The translations under genes were made by a program, and so were the position numbers. The notes under the pieces were generated by a model. It had not been told where the DNA came from and made no database searches. It saw only the letters and a list, made by a program, of their open reading frames with translations. This document shows positions 49,631 to 62,900 of a DNA stretch of 64,000 nt, in pieces (the stretch's first letter is position 1; every line of letters begins with the position of its first letter). The stretch is from Halocafeteria seosinensis. Its lineage: Eukaryota. The stretch covers positions 124,001-188,000 of the forward strand of contig LVLI01000278.1 of assembly GCA_001687465.1 (NCBI GenBank), read 5' to 3'.

Positions 49631-51222
49631 TTACGATGCAGCCAATCCTAATGCGCCCCCAACAGCGATTCCTGACTGTAAGAAGAGACTAAGTATGAAT
49701 CCTCCTAACTCCCGTTCTCCAGGTTGAAGATTTCCTGGTCCGAGCATCATGGCATTTGTACAGCACAGGCCGTTGGTTATTGCAAAAAAGACCATGAAGA
49801 AAAATATGGATAAGTCGTGAGAAAAGAATATCGACCACTCGTGCTGACTTCCAATGAAGAGGGGAATGAACACTGTACGAACGATGCACAGAACGACTAG
49901 GGCTGTTGTGTTCAACTTAAACCAACTCGGAATGGTGCGTCCCACCGTATCGAAGATATTGAACAGGAACACCAATATCAATGACCACCATCCATTTTGT
50001 TGGTGTGTCAAGAACGATAGATTTGAATCGTTGAGGTTATTATGGAACTTGATTGAGTCCGTTACTCCAGGGAATACCACAAAGGTTACAATGAACGTGT
50101 ACAACAGTATAGCCGAGTATACCCATACTCTCTTGAATATTCTGAGCATCTCCTGAAAAGGAACTTTCTGAAATGCCGTTGGTACCTCAGAAGCCTTAGA
50201 TACGACGCCATCTGGGGCTGTGGAGGGGATATCTTCCTTAGGGTCTTTAGAGGGAGTTGACGGTGGTTCTGCGCCATTTTGTTCCTCCCATGTCTCATGC
50301 TTCATCGACTCGAGGAGTTGTTGATTCGCGTCGTCGTCATTTTCCCGGACACGCTCCGATTTAGATAGATGGTGCTTCGTGAAGGGACGACCGAGCATAA
50401 AACAATAGGCCGCTACACATGAAAGCAAAACAGCGGCTGCTATTTCAAAGTATAAGATGGCACTTGCTTTGACGTGCCCTGGCATACTGGCTTTTGTGAT
50501 AATTTTGAGCACTCCTGCCATAATGCCAGCAAAGCCTTGTCCCGACATTACGGCTCCATTACACGCCGCCGGTAACCTCGACGAGAACCCAATGAGTGAA
50601 GACTGTAATACTGCTGTACCAAACCCCACAACCACCATAACAGACAGAGTTACTCCAGGGGAGAACTCAGCAATCCCGGGTTCGACTCCCATCATCACTG
50701 CCAGAAGACAGAACGAGAGCACAATCCGTTTCGTGTAGCCAACGATCTCTCCATACTGCACCATCAAATAGAGGATAGGAAGCTGTATGTACGTGTACGC
50801 GATCGGTAAATAGAAATTGATGTTGATAGAGTAAATGTCTCGGAAATAGTCCACTCTGCACCACGAACATCCCAGGGTATACAGCTTAACACACATACAA
50901 GGGAGCATTATTGCACATACGCATTTAATGCCACATTCCAGGGTAACAGCACACCAAGCCCCATGAAGAGCATGAGAGACCATACAAGGTTGTCTTTAGC
51001 ATATTTCCCGTGCTCCCGAGGCTCCTCTTTGCCCTCCGCCTCCTCCAAACTGGTTCGACGCCTGCCATCATGGCCATGGATGTCTTCCGGGTTGTCCAGT
51101 AGACTGTCATTTCCATCCTGCAGGCGCTGTGTGGTGCCATAATTGTGTTCATAGTCCCTATCTCTGCGACCAGGGGTCTCTTCGTCCCCTGATAGGTGGT
51201 GTTTACTGGAGGAAGTGCCCAT
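49631..51222 (-). CDS. Equilibrative nucleoside transporter (ENT/SLC29), 2 exons
   Basis: GLGVLLPWNVALNA-DYF, AVMSGQGFAG, FIVTFVVFPG, FNIFDTVGR, FAITNG, about 11 hydrophobic segments. Intron ~50857-50917. Confidence 0.93.
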
Positions 51223-51529
51223 AGCAGATACCGTTGTTCGAGGCAACGTTGTATTCATTAAATGTGTTTGCCACGCCTCCCACTGTCGGACGGGACCGTC
51301 ACCATAGGTGGTATGGGTGTTCGATCGACCAGAACCAAACAAACCTACAAAAAATCACCCCTTATTCTAGATGCCATTGAATGAACTCCGCCTCTGAGCC
51401 TCAAGTGCAAATTCCAAGTTGAATTTCCAACGCGCACTTTGACAACGAGAAGCATTACAATTCTTTGGTTCGACTTTTTTTCATTGGCTTGTTTCTCTTT
51501 CTCTTTTTCCAAGAAAAGTAAGAGTAGCT

Positions 51530-52010
51530 TGGTCATGCTCTGTTGTTGGGCCAACAGCCACAAGGGTACATTCTACAGTACGTCCAACCACCATGATGCA
51601 CTGAGGCAAGGTCATATTGAGGGCTTCATGACATACGCTTAAAGAAGCACAACCTGCTGTGGTGTAACCTATTGCATTTCTAGTTCAAGAGAATATTTTA
51701 CGTACTGCACGCGATATAACGTCCGGGTGTGTGCTGGTATTGGCAGGCAATCTTCCTTCAAAGCAGTGTCCAACGCCATACAGCAGTCACACACGGTAGA
51801 TGACGTCGAGAGATTTATCGACTTCAGAATCCACGCCAAACGCATCCTCATGGCTATCCAGAGGCAGGCCTCAGGCAGCACGGACGTGGGAACCGGTTTC
51901 GTGGCCTTAAACACTGCTTAACGATGATGGCTGAGCTGCTGAGCATCATGGCTCTGAGCGATCATCGGATTCCCTTCCCCGCACGGAATGGACCTCCCTT
52001 CTACAAACAC
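51530..52010 (+). pseudogene. Decayed duplicate of the 5' part of the neighbouring LRR gene
   Basis: 51642-51716 (aagaagcacaacctgctgtggtgtaacctattgcatttctagttcaagag...) aligns with 52567-52641 (aagaagcacaacccgctgtggtgtaccctattgaatttctcgtgcaagag...). TAC is changed to TAA at 51665, there are indels upstream and no LRR array follows. Confidence 0.75.
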
Positions 52011-52460
52011 AGAAGTTCAGTGACAGAACCCTGGAATCGGCCTCTCTTGTCGCAGTGTCGAAATTCGCACCTGTCCGGTCCCGGGGCCCTCATCCGCATC
52101 ATACATACAGCAGGTCTCTTCGTCCCGGACTAAACCCATTACTACCATGTATATATATACCATACTATACACTTACCTTGATAAAACCAGTTCCCTGTTC
52201 TCTTTGAAATTTTATCTGACACTCAACTCTGGTATGCTTGCTGCAAGCGGGTTCACAGTGTACAACGTTGTACAGTACACCGACTGGATCATCACTCCAC
52301 TGTGTTCAAGTTGAACTGGGGGCATAGAATTTAGAGACAGGCACTGTACCACGGTAGGTTTGCAACGCGGGGTGGAGCCCGTGGATGAAGTGCCATGTGT
52401 CCTGCTCTTAGTTGAATTGCGTCAATCAAATCAGGGACGACACTGCTTGTTGTAGATACC

Positions 52461-53519
52461 ATGGGAACGCTGCTATCGAGCAGCAACAGCCATGGTGGTA
52501 CCGACAAGTACCCTGATAAGTATTGCGGCAAGGGAACATTGAGGGTCTCAAGACACATGAGTGAAGAAGAAGCACAACCCGCTGTGGTGTACCCTATTGA
52601 ATTTCTCGTGCAAGAGACTGTTTTGCGTATTGCACGCAATGACCCCTCGTATAAGGATACTGGACATGATCTAACGTGCCGGGACTTGGACGACGAAGAC
52701 GCACGAGAGATAGCAAATGCGTTGAGCAATGGAAATACTGCCTTGACATCGATCAACTTAGTGGGAAATCATATTGGAGATGCAGGTGCTCGACATCTGG
52801 CTACTGCCTTGCGGTGCAATACGACACTGACAAGGATTTGCTTATCGGGAAATCAAATCGGTGATGCAGGTGCTCAATCCTTGGCCGAGGTCCTGCGTGA
52901 TGGAAATACGGCATTGACAGAAATGGAACTAGCAAACAATCGAATCGGGGACGTAGGCGCCCAATCTTTAGCTGATGCTTTACGCGCCAATTCCATACTC
53001 CTTGAGATTGGTGTCGGGTTGAATCAGATCAGTGATACAGGTGCTCAAGCTCTGGCGGGTGCATTTTGTGTCAATGGGACGTTAACAAAAGCGTCTCTGA
53101 ACCACAACCAAGTTGGTGATGCAGGTGCCCAAGAAATTGGCGAGGCTTTGCGTGTCAACACAACGCTGACTGATATCGCTTTTCAAGGGAATCTAATAGG
53201 GGATACAGGTGCGCAATCATTAGCAAATGCCTTGTGTGAGAACATGACATTAACTGGGATTGGTTTAGGTGACAACCAAATCGGTGATCCAGGTGCTCAA
53301 TCCCTGGCAGATGCTTTGCGTGTCAATGCAACATTGCGAGCGATCGATTTGCATGAAAATAAAATCGGTGATAGAGGTGCTCAGTCTTTAGCTGATGCCT
53401 TAGGCGCCAACACGACACTGACATGCGTTGACTTGAGAAACAATCGAATCAATGATACCAGGTCTCAATCATTAGCCGATGACTGGCGCATCAAGACAAA
53501 CAAGAATGCCGACGTGTAG
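52461..53519 (+). CDS. Ribonuclease-inhibitor-type (NLRC3-like) leucine-rich repeat protein, about nine 28-aa repeats, intronless
   Basis: Repeats of GDxGAQSLAxALxxNxTLTxIxLxxNxI. N-terminus MGTLLSS fits the MGxxxS myristoylation consensus. No NACHT or kinase domain. Confidence 0.9.
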   Translation: MGTLLSSSNSHGGTDKYPDKYCGKGTLRVSRHMSEEEAQPAVVYPIEFLVQETVLRIARNDPSYKDTGHDLTCRDLDDEDAREIANALSNGNTALTSINLVGNHIGDAGARHLATALRCNTTLTRICLSGNQIGDAGAQSLAEVLRDGNTALTEMELANNRIGDVGAQSLADALRANSILLEIGVGLNQISDTGAQALAGAFCVNGTLTKASLNHNQVGDAGAQEIGEALRVNTTLTDIAFQGNLIGDTGAQSLANALCENMTLTGIGLGDNQIGDPGAQSLADALRVNATLRAIDLHENKIGDRGAQSLADALGANTTLTCVDLRNNRINDTRSQSLADDWRIKTNKNADV

Positions 53520-53917
53520 GGAATTGAGCCCCGATGGTTAGAAGCAAGCATGTGATGAAGAAAGTACTGCACTATTCAATAAATTCCTCGGATCCAACAG
53601 TATAAAGAGTTGAAAATCTGCACTGCTGTTTGTGGACTATCAATCACACGCTTCCTTGGCTATAGTGGACCATTGGTGGTATTCTTTGCGCCCGTATCTT
53701 GAAATATGTACCACGGTATGAGATAGGTGTGCGTTTCATTGAACATAATGGAATAGGCTTCGTGTTCTCTTGTATGGTGTATACGTCTTATTTATACCTA
53801 CCTGTTGAACGTTAGAGGGAGCGATACTAGCATTGCAACCATTCAAGATCGCGAAGACTGGTTACTGCCCAAAGTTTCAAAGACTTCCCGTCATGACGAT
53901 AGCAGAAATGAACATTA

Positions 53918-56900
53918 TTAGGAAACATCCGAAATGGTGCTTTGGTTTTCGACATCCGGTACCCACGCGATACCGGATACTCGCCAGGGGCTTTTGGATG
54001 TTGGTGCATCGGAGTTGCCCGATGTTCCTGCATTTGATGATTCGTCCAGCTCCGGAGCGACTCGTCCCTCTCCACGGTAGTTGCTCATACGTTTGTATGC
54101 ACAGCAAGAGCACTTGCACCACCGAATCCACTCTTTTCCAGCTTCCCACGTATCTTGTAGGTAGTGTATTACATCTGAATATGCACCTGGCAATAAGCAC
54201 CCCGCGACGGTGACCATTAGTAGGAAGACAATCAATTGAGTAACCATTACAAGAATCTGAACCAACATATTTAGCTTTTTCCCAGCAGCTGAACGACTCA
54301 GTTCCCCGTTGGACAAAGCAAATAAAAGGGTTCCGAGGCAACTGGTTGCGAAAGCAAAAAATAATTTCCCCAGTTCTAGTGAGGTGACACTCGGAAGCCT
54401 GTACGGAGACATAAGCTCTGCCATCACGTACGATACCAACAAGATGCCTGTTACAAATGCCAGTTGCTCTAGAGGCTTCGTAGCAAACGTCGAGACGAGA
54501 AGTAGAAAAATCTTCCTTATGATGACAATCGTAGGCCACAAGTATCCCTTACGCGATAACCGGAATCCCCCAATTAAGCTGCTATACCGTCTGTACACTT
54601 CCGTTGCTATACTCATTGATGCGAAATCATTCAATGTGGACACCAAAAAGACAGACGTCGTCACCGGAAACCCAAATACGAAAGCAATCATAGTGGCTGT
54701 CGCTACGCCGTACAATATAGTGTGCTGCGAGCTACCTATTTCAATGCTGAGGTCGCTCCACATACGCTCCCTGGAGAAGATTTCGTACGGATACTGCCGA
54801 AACGTTGCGATCGTTATCTCAGTTACAGAAGCGTGAACAACGTTGAGCACTATAAGGAGTACAGGGATTGCGCACTTCAAAAGGCTCCCAAAACTGAAGC
54901 TTCCTCGCATGCATAACACAATAAATAGTTGTGTCAAGAGAATCAACAGTCCCAATCCCCATGGAAACAGCATCGATACGAGAGCACTCTCAAAAAATCC
55001 CAGTTGAGTTACACATCGAAATGGTGCTGACTGGGTTGGATTAAACAGGGATAAGCTTACTACTTGACTTAGCCATGAGGAAGATCCCTGGAAAGGACTT
55101 ATCTGCAGGGATCCGAGAAGGGATATTATCTGCAAATAGTCAATATACACCATAGCGATTTCGCCAATCGCCTTCGCGCTTTCAAACCCTTCATCTTGTT
55201 CTTGCTCCACGAGGCTTAGTCGAACACTCTTCTGAGAGCGCGAAATTGACCCGTTTTTGTCCAGTTGTTCGGTCACGATAGAATGGCCCTGTGTCGGTGT
55301 CATTTCGGACATACTATCACTTGAGCTATACCGATACGAAAGGAAGGTGGTGACCACGAGAATGCTTGCACAACCGATAATGGTGACAGTATAGTCTTTC
55401 TTAGGACTATCACAGCGAACACAGGATTTCGTCTCAGAGACATAAGCGAAATCATTCTTACACTGCTCACACAAAACTCCATGATAGCCCTCTCTACATT
55501 GAGTTTCAAAAGTGGTCGCATTAGTGAAACAGGCCTGCGGGTTTCTGCATTCATGAAACAACACCAAGTCCCCACCTTCGAGATGCCTAACGATTGCTTC
55601 ACGTGGAGAAGAATAGCGACTGGAATTGGTAGCTCTCTCTAGATCGTAACAGAGTTCGCACCAAAATCCTTGTCGCATTCGGAGCTTTCCACGGGCACAG
55701 TCAACCCCTTGACTAGGACAGGAGGCGCAGGCACTGCTTGCCTCTTCCGAAAAATATTCTGGAGGACACTTTTCGCATCGATCAGCGTTGCTAGCGGTGG
55801 TTGAATAAAACCCCGCACTGCAGGGAATACATTCTCCCGTCCGTTCTGTGCGAAAGTGGCCGCCCATGCATAGACACCGCAGCCCATCAGGCCCTGCTAT
55901 TTCATTTGAACGCTCACATTCTACGGGTTGGCTTTCAAGAACCGTTGGAGCTACTTGAATGGAAGAACCATTAAGTGTCACATCGACGAAGAGCTTTCCA
56001 ATCGTTACGAAGCGGATTGAAAACTTGAAGGACTTCGTCGGTCGACCTTGCTGGAGACCTACAGGCAAGTCAAAAACCGCCGGGAGAGGCGACGAAGAAT
56101 CCATCGCACTTTTAATGGACACAGAGAGGGCGGTTGGACGAGTTTCGGTTTCCGAATGAGTGGGTATATTGCCAAAAATTGCACTGGCGGGCTCATTCCC
56201 AAAGAGATCTACAAGTCTCACGGACATCGTTAATCTTTCTCCGACAAAGGCAGGGGATGACGACGGTTCTAGGACAGAGCGAGATGCAGTCGCCCAACCT
56301 GCGTTGAACGAAAGAGACGTGCCGCTGGACCTCGCATCGTCCGCTTGCGTCATTCCTCCCTTCCAATGCCCACCAAGTGAAACGAACAGCCTGAACTGCA
56401 CATTAGCTGTTCCCGGGAAATAGTGTCCTACGGTAGTATTTCCGTCCTGGAAGGCCGTAAATAATCTTTCTGAAGCGTACTGCACATCAACACGGAAGCT
56501 CTTTGAAAGGCCCGGACGAATAAGATGAGATACTGGGCTTATTTGCAACCAAGACGCTAGCACTCGACGTCCCTCTCCCAAACTTGAAACGAAAGAAAAC
56601 GTGCGTAATTCCTCGACAATAGTTCCATTCCTTCGATACAACTCGATTGTGAAATTGTCTGGAACCACCCGTATTGGCACGACCTCTGTATTAACCACTG
56701 TAATTTGATGAAACCCCGACTCTCCAGGAGTTAACGATACACTGTCGCTTGCCCCGCATACAAAAATCGAGGTCACCCGGAACAACAGATGGAACCAAAC
56801 GTGGTGGGAAGACATTGCCTTCGACTCAGCGGCCCAATCAGGGCGGACATTCATATGAGTCCTTTCCCAAGCGTCGATTTCCACCAATATCCAGGCTTCA

Positions 56901-59900
56901 AACTGTCCAGTGCTTTCAACTCTCTGCGAATTGAACTCAACGGGAATTACTGGGGCTGGCTCTAACCCAGGTGCAATTTCTCCACTTTGTATGGGCAGGC
57001 TACACCAGTAGACATCCTTGTTCGATAACTCAGTTCCATTAGACAAGAATAAACGCGCCGACCAGTGACTCCTGTACGAGCCGCTATTGCCCACAATTAT
57101 CGAACTGTTCACTGGCGGTTCACTCATGCTTCGAGCCACCTCTATTGACTGGCTGCCTACGTGGATACTTGCTTGAAAGATGTTCACAGTAACTCCAACC
57201 GTCAGGGTAGTTGGAGGCCTCCATTTCTCAAAGACGTTGACGTATAACTCGAAAGCAGTTTCTCCTGTTGGAATTTCAGCCATGTCTATCACCAACGTTT
57301 GTTTGTAAGCGGCTGTCTGGAACGCCTCTCCGCCAGTGGGCAACGAAAGAAACCCTAGCACCCTCGTGCTTGCACTCCACTTCCAAGTCGAACCCTTAGT
57401 AATCGTAAGTTCTATGTCTTCCATAACTGACTCAGGGGAAGCAGTACTTCGATTACGAGCAATGAACAACTGCCCGGGTTCCAGAAGAGGCAACGAGAAA
57501 AAGCTTTCGGCAAGCATAAAGTATAGTTTGGAATTGAACGACACAATATCCTCTTCCGGTGCCGCGACTACTACTTTTAACGGTAAAACGATAGTTTGAT
57601 CGGATAAGCTGCGCATCTTTGACGTAGTTTCTTCGAAGAAGACGTTGTCCCAGTGCAGCCGAAACAGTTCAACAGCATTCTCACGAAAGCGAAATACTCC
57701 CCGTACACTGATCTGACGACAAGATGCAGCATGACCTTGTCCGCAAGATTCATTCTTCAATGTCTCTTTGGATAAGAGTACGGGAAAACCAATGTCTCCA
57801 AGGGAAAGATCAGGGTTGCAAGAGGAGTACAAAGTAGCTCCCGGATCAGTTTGTACGTCTGTGTCACATGACATTTCCAATACAGGGGCTACATCGTTCA
57901 ATGTCTGCCAACGAATCTCTATCTCCGAAGACTGAGCAGGTAGTGCCTTTGCGCCCATGTTCTCGGATGTTATTTCTGTAGTAATGCTTCTAACGAAAAT
58001 TACTGTAGCACAATGTCCCGGTGAGATTGTTGCGCACGAAGATACAACGGACATGTTCTCCGGTTTACTTATTTTGTTCGACGATGGACTTGGTACTTGT
58101 ATGGGGCGTTCGCTCGAAGCAGCGCACTGAGTGTTAGTGACCAGATCACCTGAACTGGGAAGTACGCTTAAAGTAGGTGAAGCAAATGCTGTTGTACTCT
58201 CTCTGCTCGGTCGAAGCGTTGTACTGGATGCATCTCTTGTGGGACTAACTTGAGTTGGCGCAGCCAAGTTGTCGGTCGAGGGTTGAATGCTCTTGGTGGA
58301 GCCTGGACTGGGTTCCGTTTCGCTCGGTAACGTAGTATTCCTTTGTGTACCCGGTTCAGAACTAGCAAGACTTACCGAACCACTCAGTGTTGCGAAGACC
58401 GACGGAGTAGAGCTATACATCGGCAACAGTAGTGATCCACTATTGTTTAAGGTTGATAAATCCCCTGTGGGTGCAAAACTGGATGGCGAAACCCATCTTG
58501 GCGATGGTAAAGTGCGATTCTGCGATGCTGAATGTGAAATACTAGCAGCAAACTGAGTTGAATGCAAAGCGGTCTGTGTAGCACTGACACTGCCTGAAAT
58601 TGTTGCTGTCACAGAAGAGGTCGGAGGGGCGGAGTTACCAGCATCTAAAGAAAATGAGGAGCTTGGCGTAGCAGTAGAGCTTCGGTATGAAGGCCGTGAC
58701 GAAGTGCTCCGCGATCCGTTCGGTGTGTTTGAGCGAGAGCCGCTTCCGCCAGATGGCTTCGTGCCCGGTTCAGAGCTTTTACTTTGAACTGTGGGGATAA
58801 GAGTAACAGATACAGAACTGGAATAGCTGACTGTAGCAGAGAGAGTAGTCGACTCGCTTGGTGCACCGGTTGGAGCTATAGTGGCCTCAGGGAACGCCGA
58901 GGTTGTTACCACCCTAGGTGCCGTCGGGCTGGGAGAAGAGATTACAATACTTGGCGTCAAAAAACGGCTCGGTGATACGCTAGTTGTATAGAAGTTCGCA
59001 CGGGTTGGTAGGGCACTGTCAGTAGACGATTCTGAGCAAGTAGGAGACTGAAGTTCAATGCCAGAGGCTGAAAGTTTATCTGCAGAGGGGATAGGTGTTG
59101 TGATAGACGTCCCAACTTCTACAGGGCTGGAGGAAGACGTGGACCTTGTAGGCGGAGTTGTTGTTGTAGGGCCTAATAACCCAGTGTGCGTGTAGTTTCG
59201 AGTTGCGGTAATTGAAGAAGAACCCGTCTGGCTTACTGTAATGCTACCCATAGACGGCAACGGGGCCGAATGACTGTCCGTAGCACTTTGATAGCTCATC
59301 TCACTTGGCGAAATCGAAACGGAAGCGGTCACAGTGCGAGATACCATAGCGCTAGGACCGGGGAAAGTCACTGCTTCGCTGGCCATGTTAGACGTCGTAT
59401 AGATAGAAGCAGTAGAACTCGCCGACTTTGTAGCCAGAGCAGAGCTTGTGCCACTTGATGTGCAAGTAAAAGTAGGGGTTACGTTGCCTGTGGAGGAGCT
59501 TGTCGGGGTTACAGTACCGGTCAAACTACGTGAACTGCTGATTGTCCCAGATGGTGTAGCGCTAGTAGTACCAGTTTGTCTTAGGGAACCTCCAGTTGTA
59601 GACAAACTTGAGAAGTTGGGGAGCGACGTGATGCTGTACGAGCTTGTCGAAGTAGATGTGCTACTGGTCGTAGTTGTAGCAGAAGACACACTGGCGGTTG
59701 ACGTAAGAATCCCTGTAACACTTGGTGTACAAGTAAGAATAGGCGTAAAACTATTTGTCGATGAGCTTGTAAGGGCTGTAGTACTGGTCACACTGGGCAA
59801 ACTGCTTGTCGTTCCAGATAGTGTAAGGCTAGGAGCAGTCGAAACTTGGCCGGCCGACAAACTCGAGGGGCTGGAAAATGAAGTGACGCTATGCGAGCCG

Positions 59901-62900
59901 GTCGGTGTAGGTATGCTGACAGCAGTAGTTGTAGAAGATACACTAGTGACTGTCAAAGGATTCCCTGTAATACTTGGTGTGTAAGAAAGAGTAGGCGTCA
60001 AGCTATCAGTGGAGGAGCTTGTAAGGGTTGCAGTACTGGTCACACTAGGCGAACTGCTTCTCGTTTCAGATGGTGTAACACTAGTAGTCGCAGTCGGTGT
60101 TGGGGAGTTTCCGGTGGTAGACGAAGTGGAGGTACTGGGAGATGGGGTGATGCTATGCGAGCCGGTCGGTGTAGGTGTGCTGCTAGCAGTAGTTGCAGAC
60201 GATACACTGATGCTTGGGAAAAGACTTCCTGTTAAGCTTGGTGCGCAAATAATAGTAGGCGTCAAGCTATCTGTCGAGGAGCTTGTAAGGATTACAGTAC
60301 TGGTCACACTAGGCGAACTGCTTCTCGTTTCAGATGTTGTAACGCTGGTAGTCGCAGTCGGTGTTGGTGAACCGTCGGTGGGAGACGAACTGGAGGTACT
60401 GGGAGATGGGTTGATGCTATGAGAGCCGGTCGGTGTGGGTGTGCTGGTGGTAGTACATGTAGACGACACACTGACACTTGGGGAAGGACTCCCTGTGACG
60501 CTCGGTGTGCAAGTAAGAGTGCCTGTCGAAGAGCTTGTAAAGGACACTGTAGTTGTCAAACTAGGTGAACTACTTGACGTTCTAGACGTTGTAACACTGG
60601 TTGTAGCAGTCGGTGTTGGGGAACCTCCGGCCGTAGATGAACTGGAGGAACTGGGGGATGGCGTGATGCTATGCGAGCTGGTCGACGTAGATGTACCACT
60701 GGCAGTGCTTGTAGAAGACACGCTTACTGTTGGCGATGGGCTCGTTGTGACGTTCAAGCAGAACCCCATTACCTCTGTACCGAGCTCCACGTGCCTGAAC
60801 AGAGTCCCATGAGTGCAGGGCTGTATGGCTCCTGGATTACCACCCAGATTTCTGCCAATCAAATCTTCGGTAATTCTGAAGGTTTATACATATCTCACGC
60901 ATTTACGAATTTTACTTACATTGCCACATCCTCATTGTGAAATGCAGAAACAACTTCAGGTTGCAAAAATTCGATACTATTGTTAAACAGAGTTCTGTAG
61001 TACACTCACAAGCGCATCAATTCGCGAGGTGACCACATGTTTAACCTTATACGTACATGACTTGAATGTTGGGGTTGTTTCCCATGGATACTATCTCAGG
61101 CCTAAAGTGGTTCAGGAAGTTATTATCCAAGTTCCTGCCAGCCAGAACCAATTCTAACGCTGCATATGAACACGAGCTGGAGTAGGAGTTGAACACGTAC
61201 AGTTCTTTCAGACTGCCCAGTTGACTAAATGTACTCGCTGGTACGGACTGTAAACTGTTACCACTCAGATCTCTGCACTGGGGCATCAGCAATACAGGAA
61301 CTTTGTTGCCTTGGTAGTGATTGTGATCTTACAATTGTTCAAGGCTTCCCAAAGGATGGAAACTAGAACTCACAATACTACCAGTAGTGAGTTCATTGTG
61401 TGCAAAGTAACTGCGACATACGTAACCATACTGTATAGCCCTAACCATCAATCTTCGCCCGACACACCAACAGCCACGTACAGTTCTTTCAGGGATACCA
61501 AGTCCGTGAAATACCCGCTATCTACACCAGAAATACTGTTATAGCTTAAATCTAGTGTGGTCAAAGAATCTAATCCATCTAGTAGACTGCTGTCTATGTC
61601 CCCCAGCAGATTGTGGCTCATATTTCTGGTGGTTCATAGAAGTTAGGGATGATTGATAATGTTTGCACCCTTTTCCTGTTATGGTGTAGCGAATATCGCT
61701 GCCTCTACCCTTACAATTGTTCAAGGCTTCCTAGAGGATGCAAACTAGTACTTGCGATAGTATCTATTTCATTGTTTCTGAGGTATCTGCAGCATTCATA
61801 GCCAAAGACCATCCACAATCTGCGCTCAATCTTCGCGTCAAACCAATACCAACGTACAGTTCTTTCAAAGACGCCAAGTCTGTAAAATAGCCGCTGTCTA
61901 TACTGGAAAAGCTATTAAAGCTGAGATCGAGTTTGGTTAAAGTATCTAATCCATCTAAGAGACTGTTGTCTATGCTTTCCAGCAAATTGTGGCTAAGATC
62001 TCTGTAGCAATTCAAAGAAGTTAAAAACGGCCGGACTCATTCAATTCTTCCATTTACGTTATATTTGCGTACATTGTTTTAATACTTTCCAAATAGTCAA
62101 AAATTTGAGGAGGGAGATCGGACAGATGATTGTTTTGCAAGAATCTGCGAGGTTCTTACATGTACGTAACAAGGAGGAACTAGCCGTTTCACTTGGGCTA
62201 TCAACTTACAGTTTCTCCAAGCTGTCATGCCCACCATTGGGTGAAAGACCGCTGTAGTACGTTAACACGTAAGACTAAGAGCGTGCTCTGCCAATTCTCC
62301 AAAGTGATGCGACGTACAGGAATCCGTTTGTTCCAACAAACATATCCTCGTGCAGACTTGAGATAGAGTTGTTACTAAGATCACTGCAGCCGAAGAAAAG
62401 CTATGATAGATCGCTTCATCAACATAGCCTGTATGTATGGACGTCCTTACAGTGTTAAGATCTCCACCACTCTTTGGAATAGCGTTTCGGGGATAACCTC
62501 TAAGGAATTCCCATTCAAGTACCTGTAACGGAGGGGAAACCTTGTGACTGGACCGCTTACTGTTCCTTCCTCGATGGCTTCTTACACTTCAGTTATCGAG
62601 TCTCTTCCACCAGCACTATTCAAAGCCTCCGGATCGGCTTCCGCAATTCCCATGTTGGAGAGGTCACTGCAAGTGGATGCGATGCTGCGTTGACGTGTCA
62701 GAACATACACCGGTTCGCGCTTTAACTTACACAATTCCAGTCGAGCTAAAATCACAATCTCCACACGAAGTCAAGACGCCATTGTTATCAATGTTGCAGC
62801 ATTCCGAAGCGACCCCATTAGCCTGTCATTGCGAACCGCACCTGCCCACTCGTCCGGTGGAACTTGAAACAGCAAGCACTTACCTGAACCCTCAGTGAGC

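Noticed and set aside
59448..60812. Val-rich plus-strand ORFs
   Set aside because: Antisense shadows of the Ser/Thr mucin repeats.
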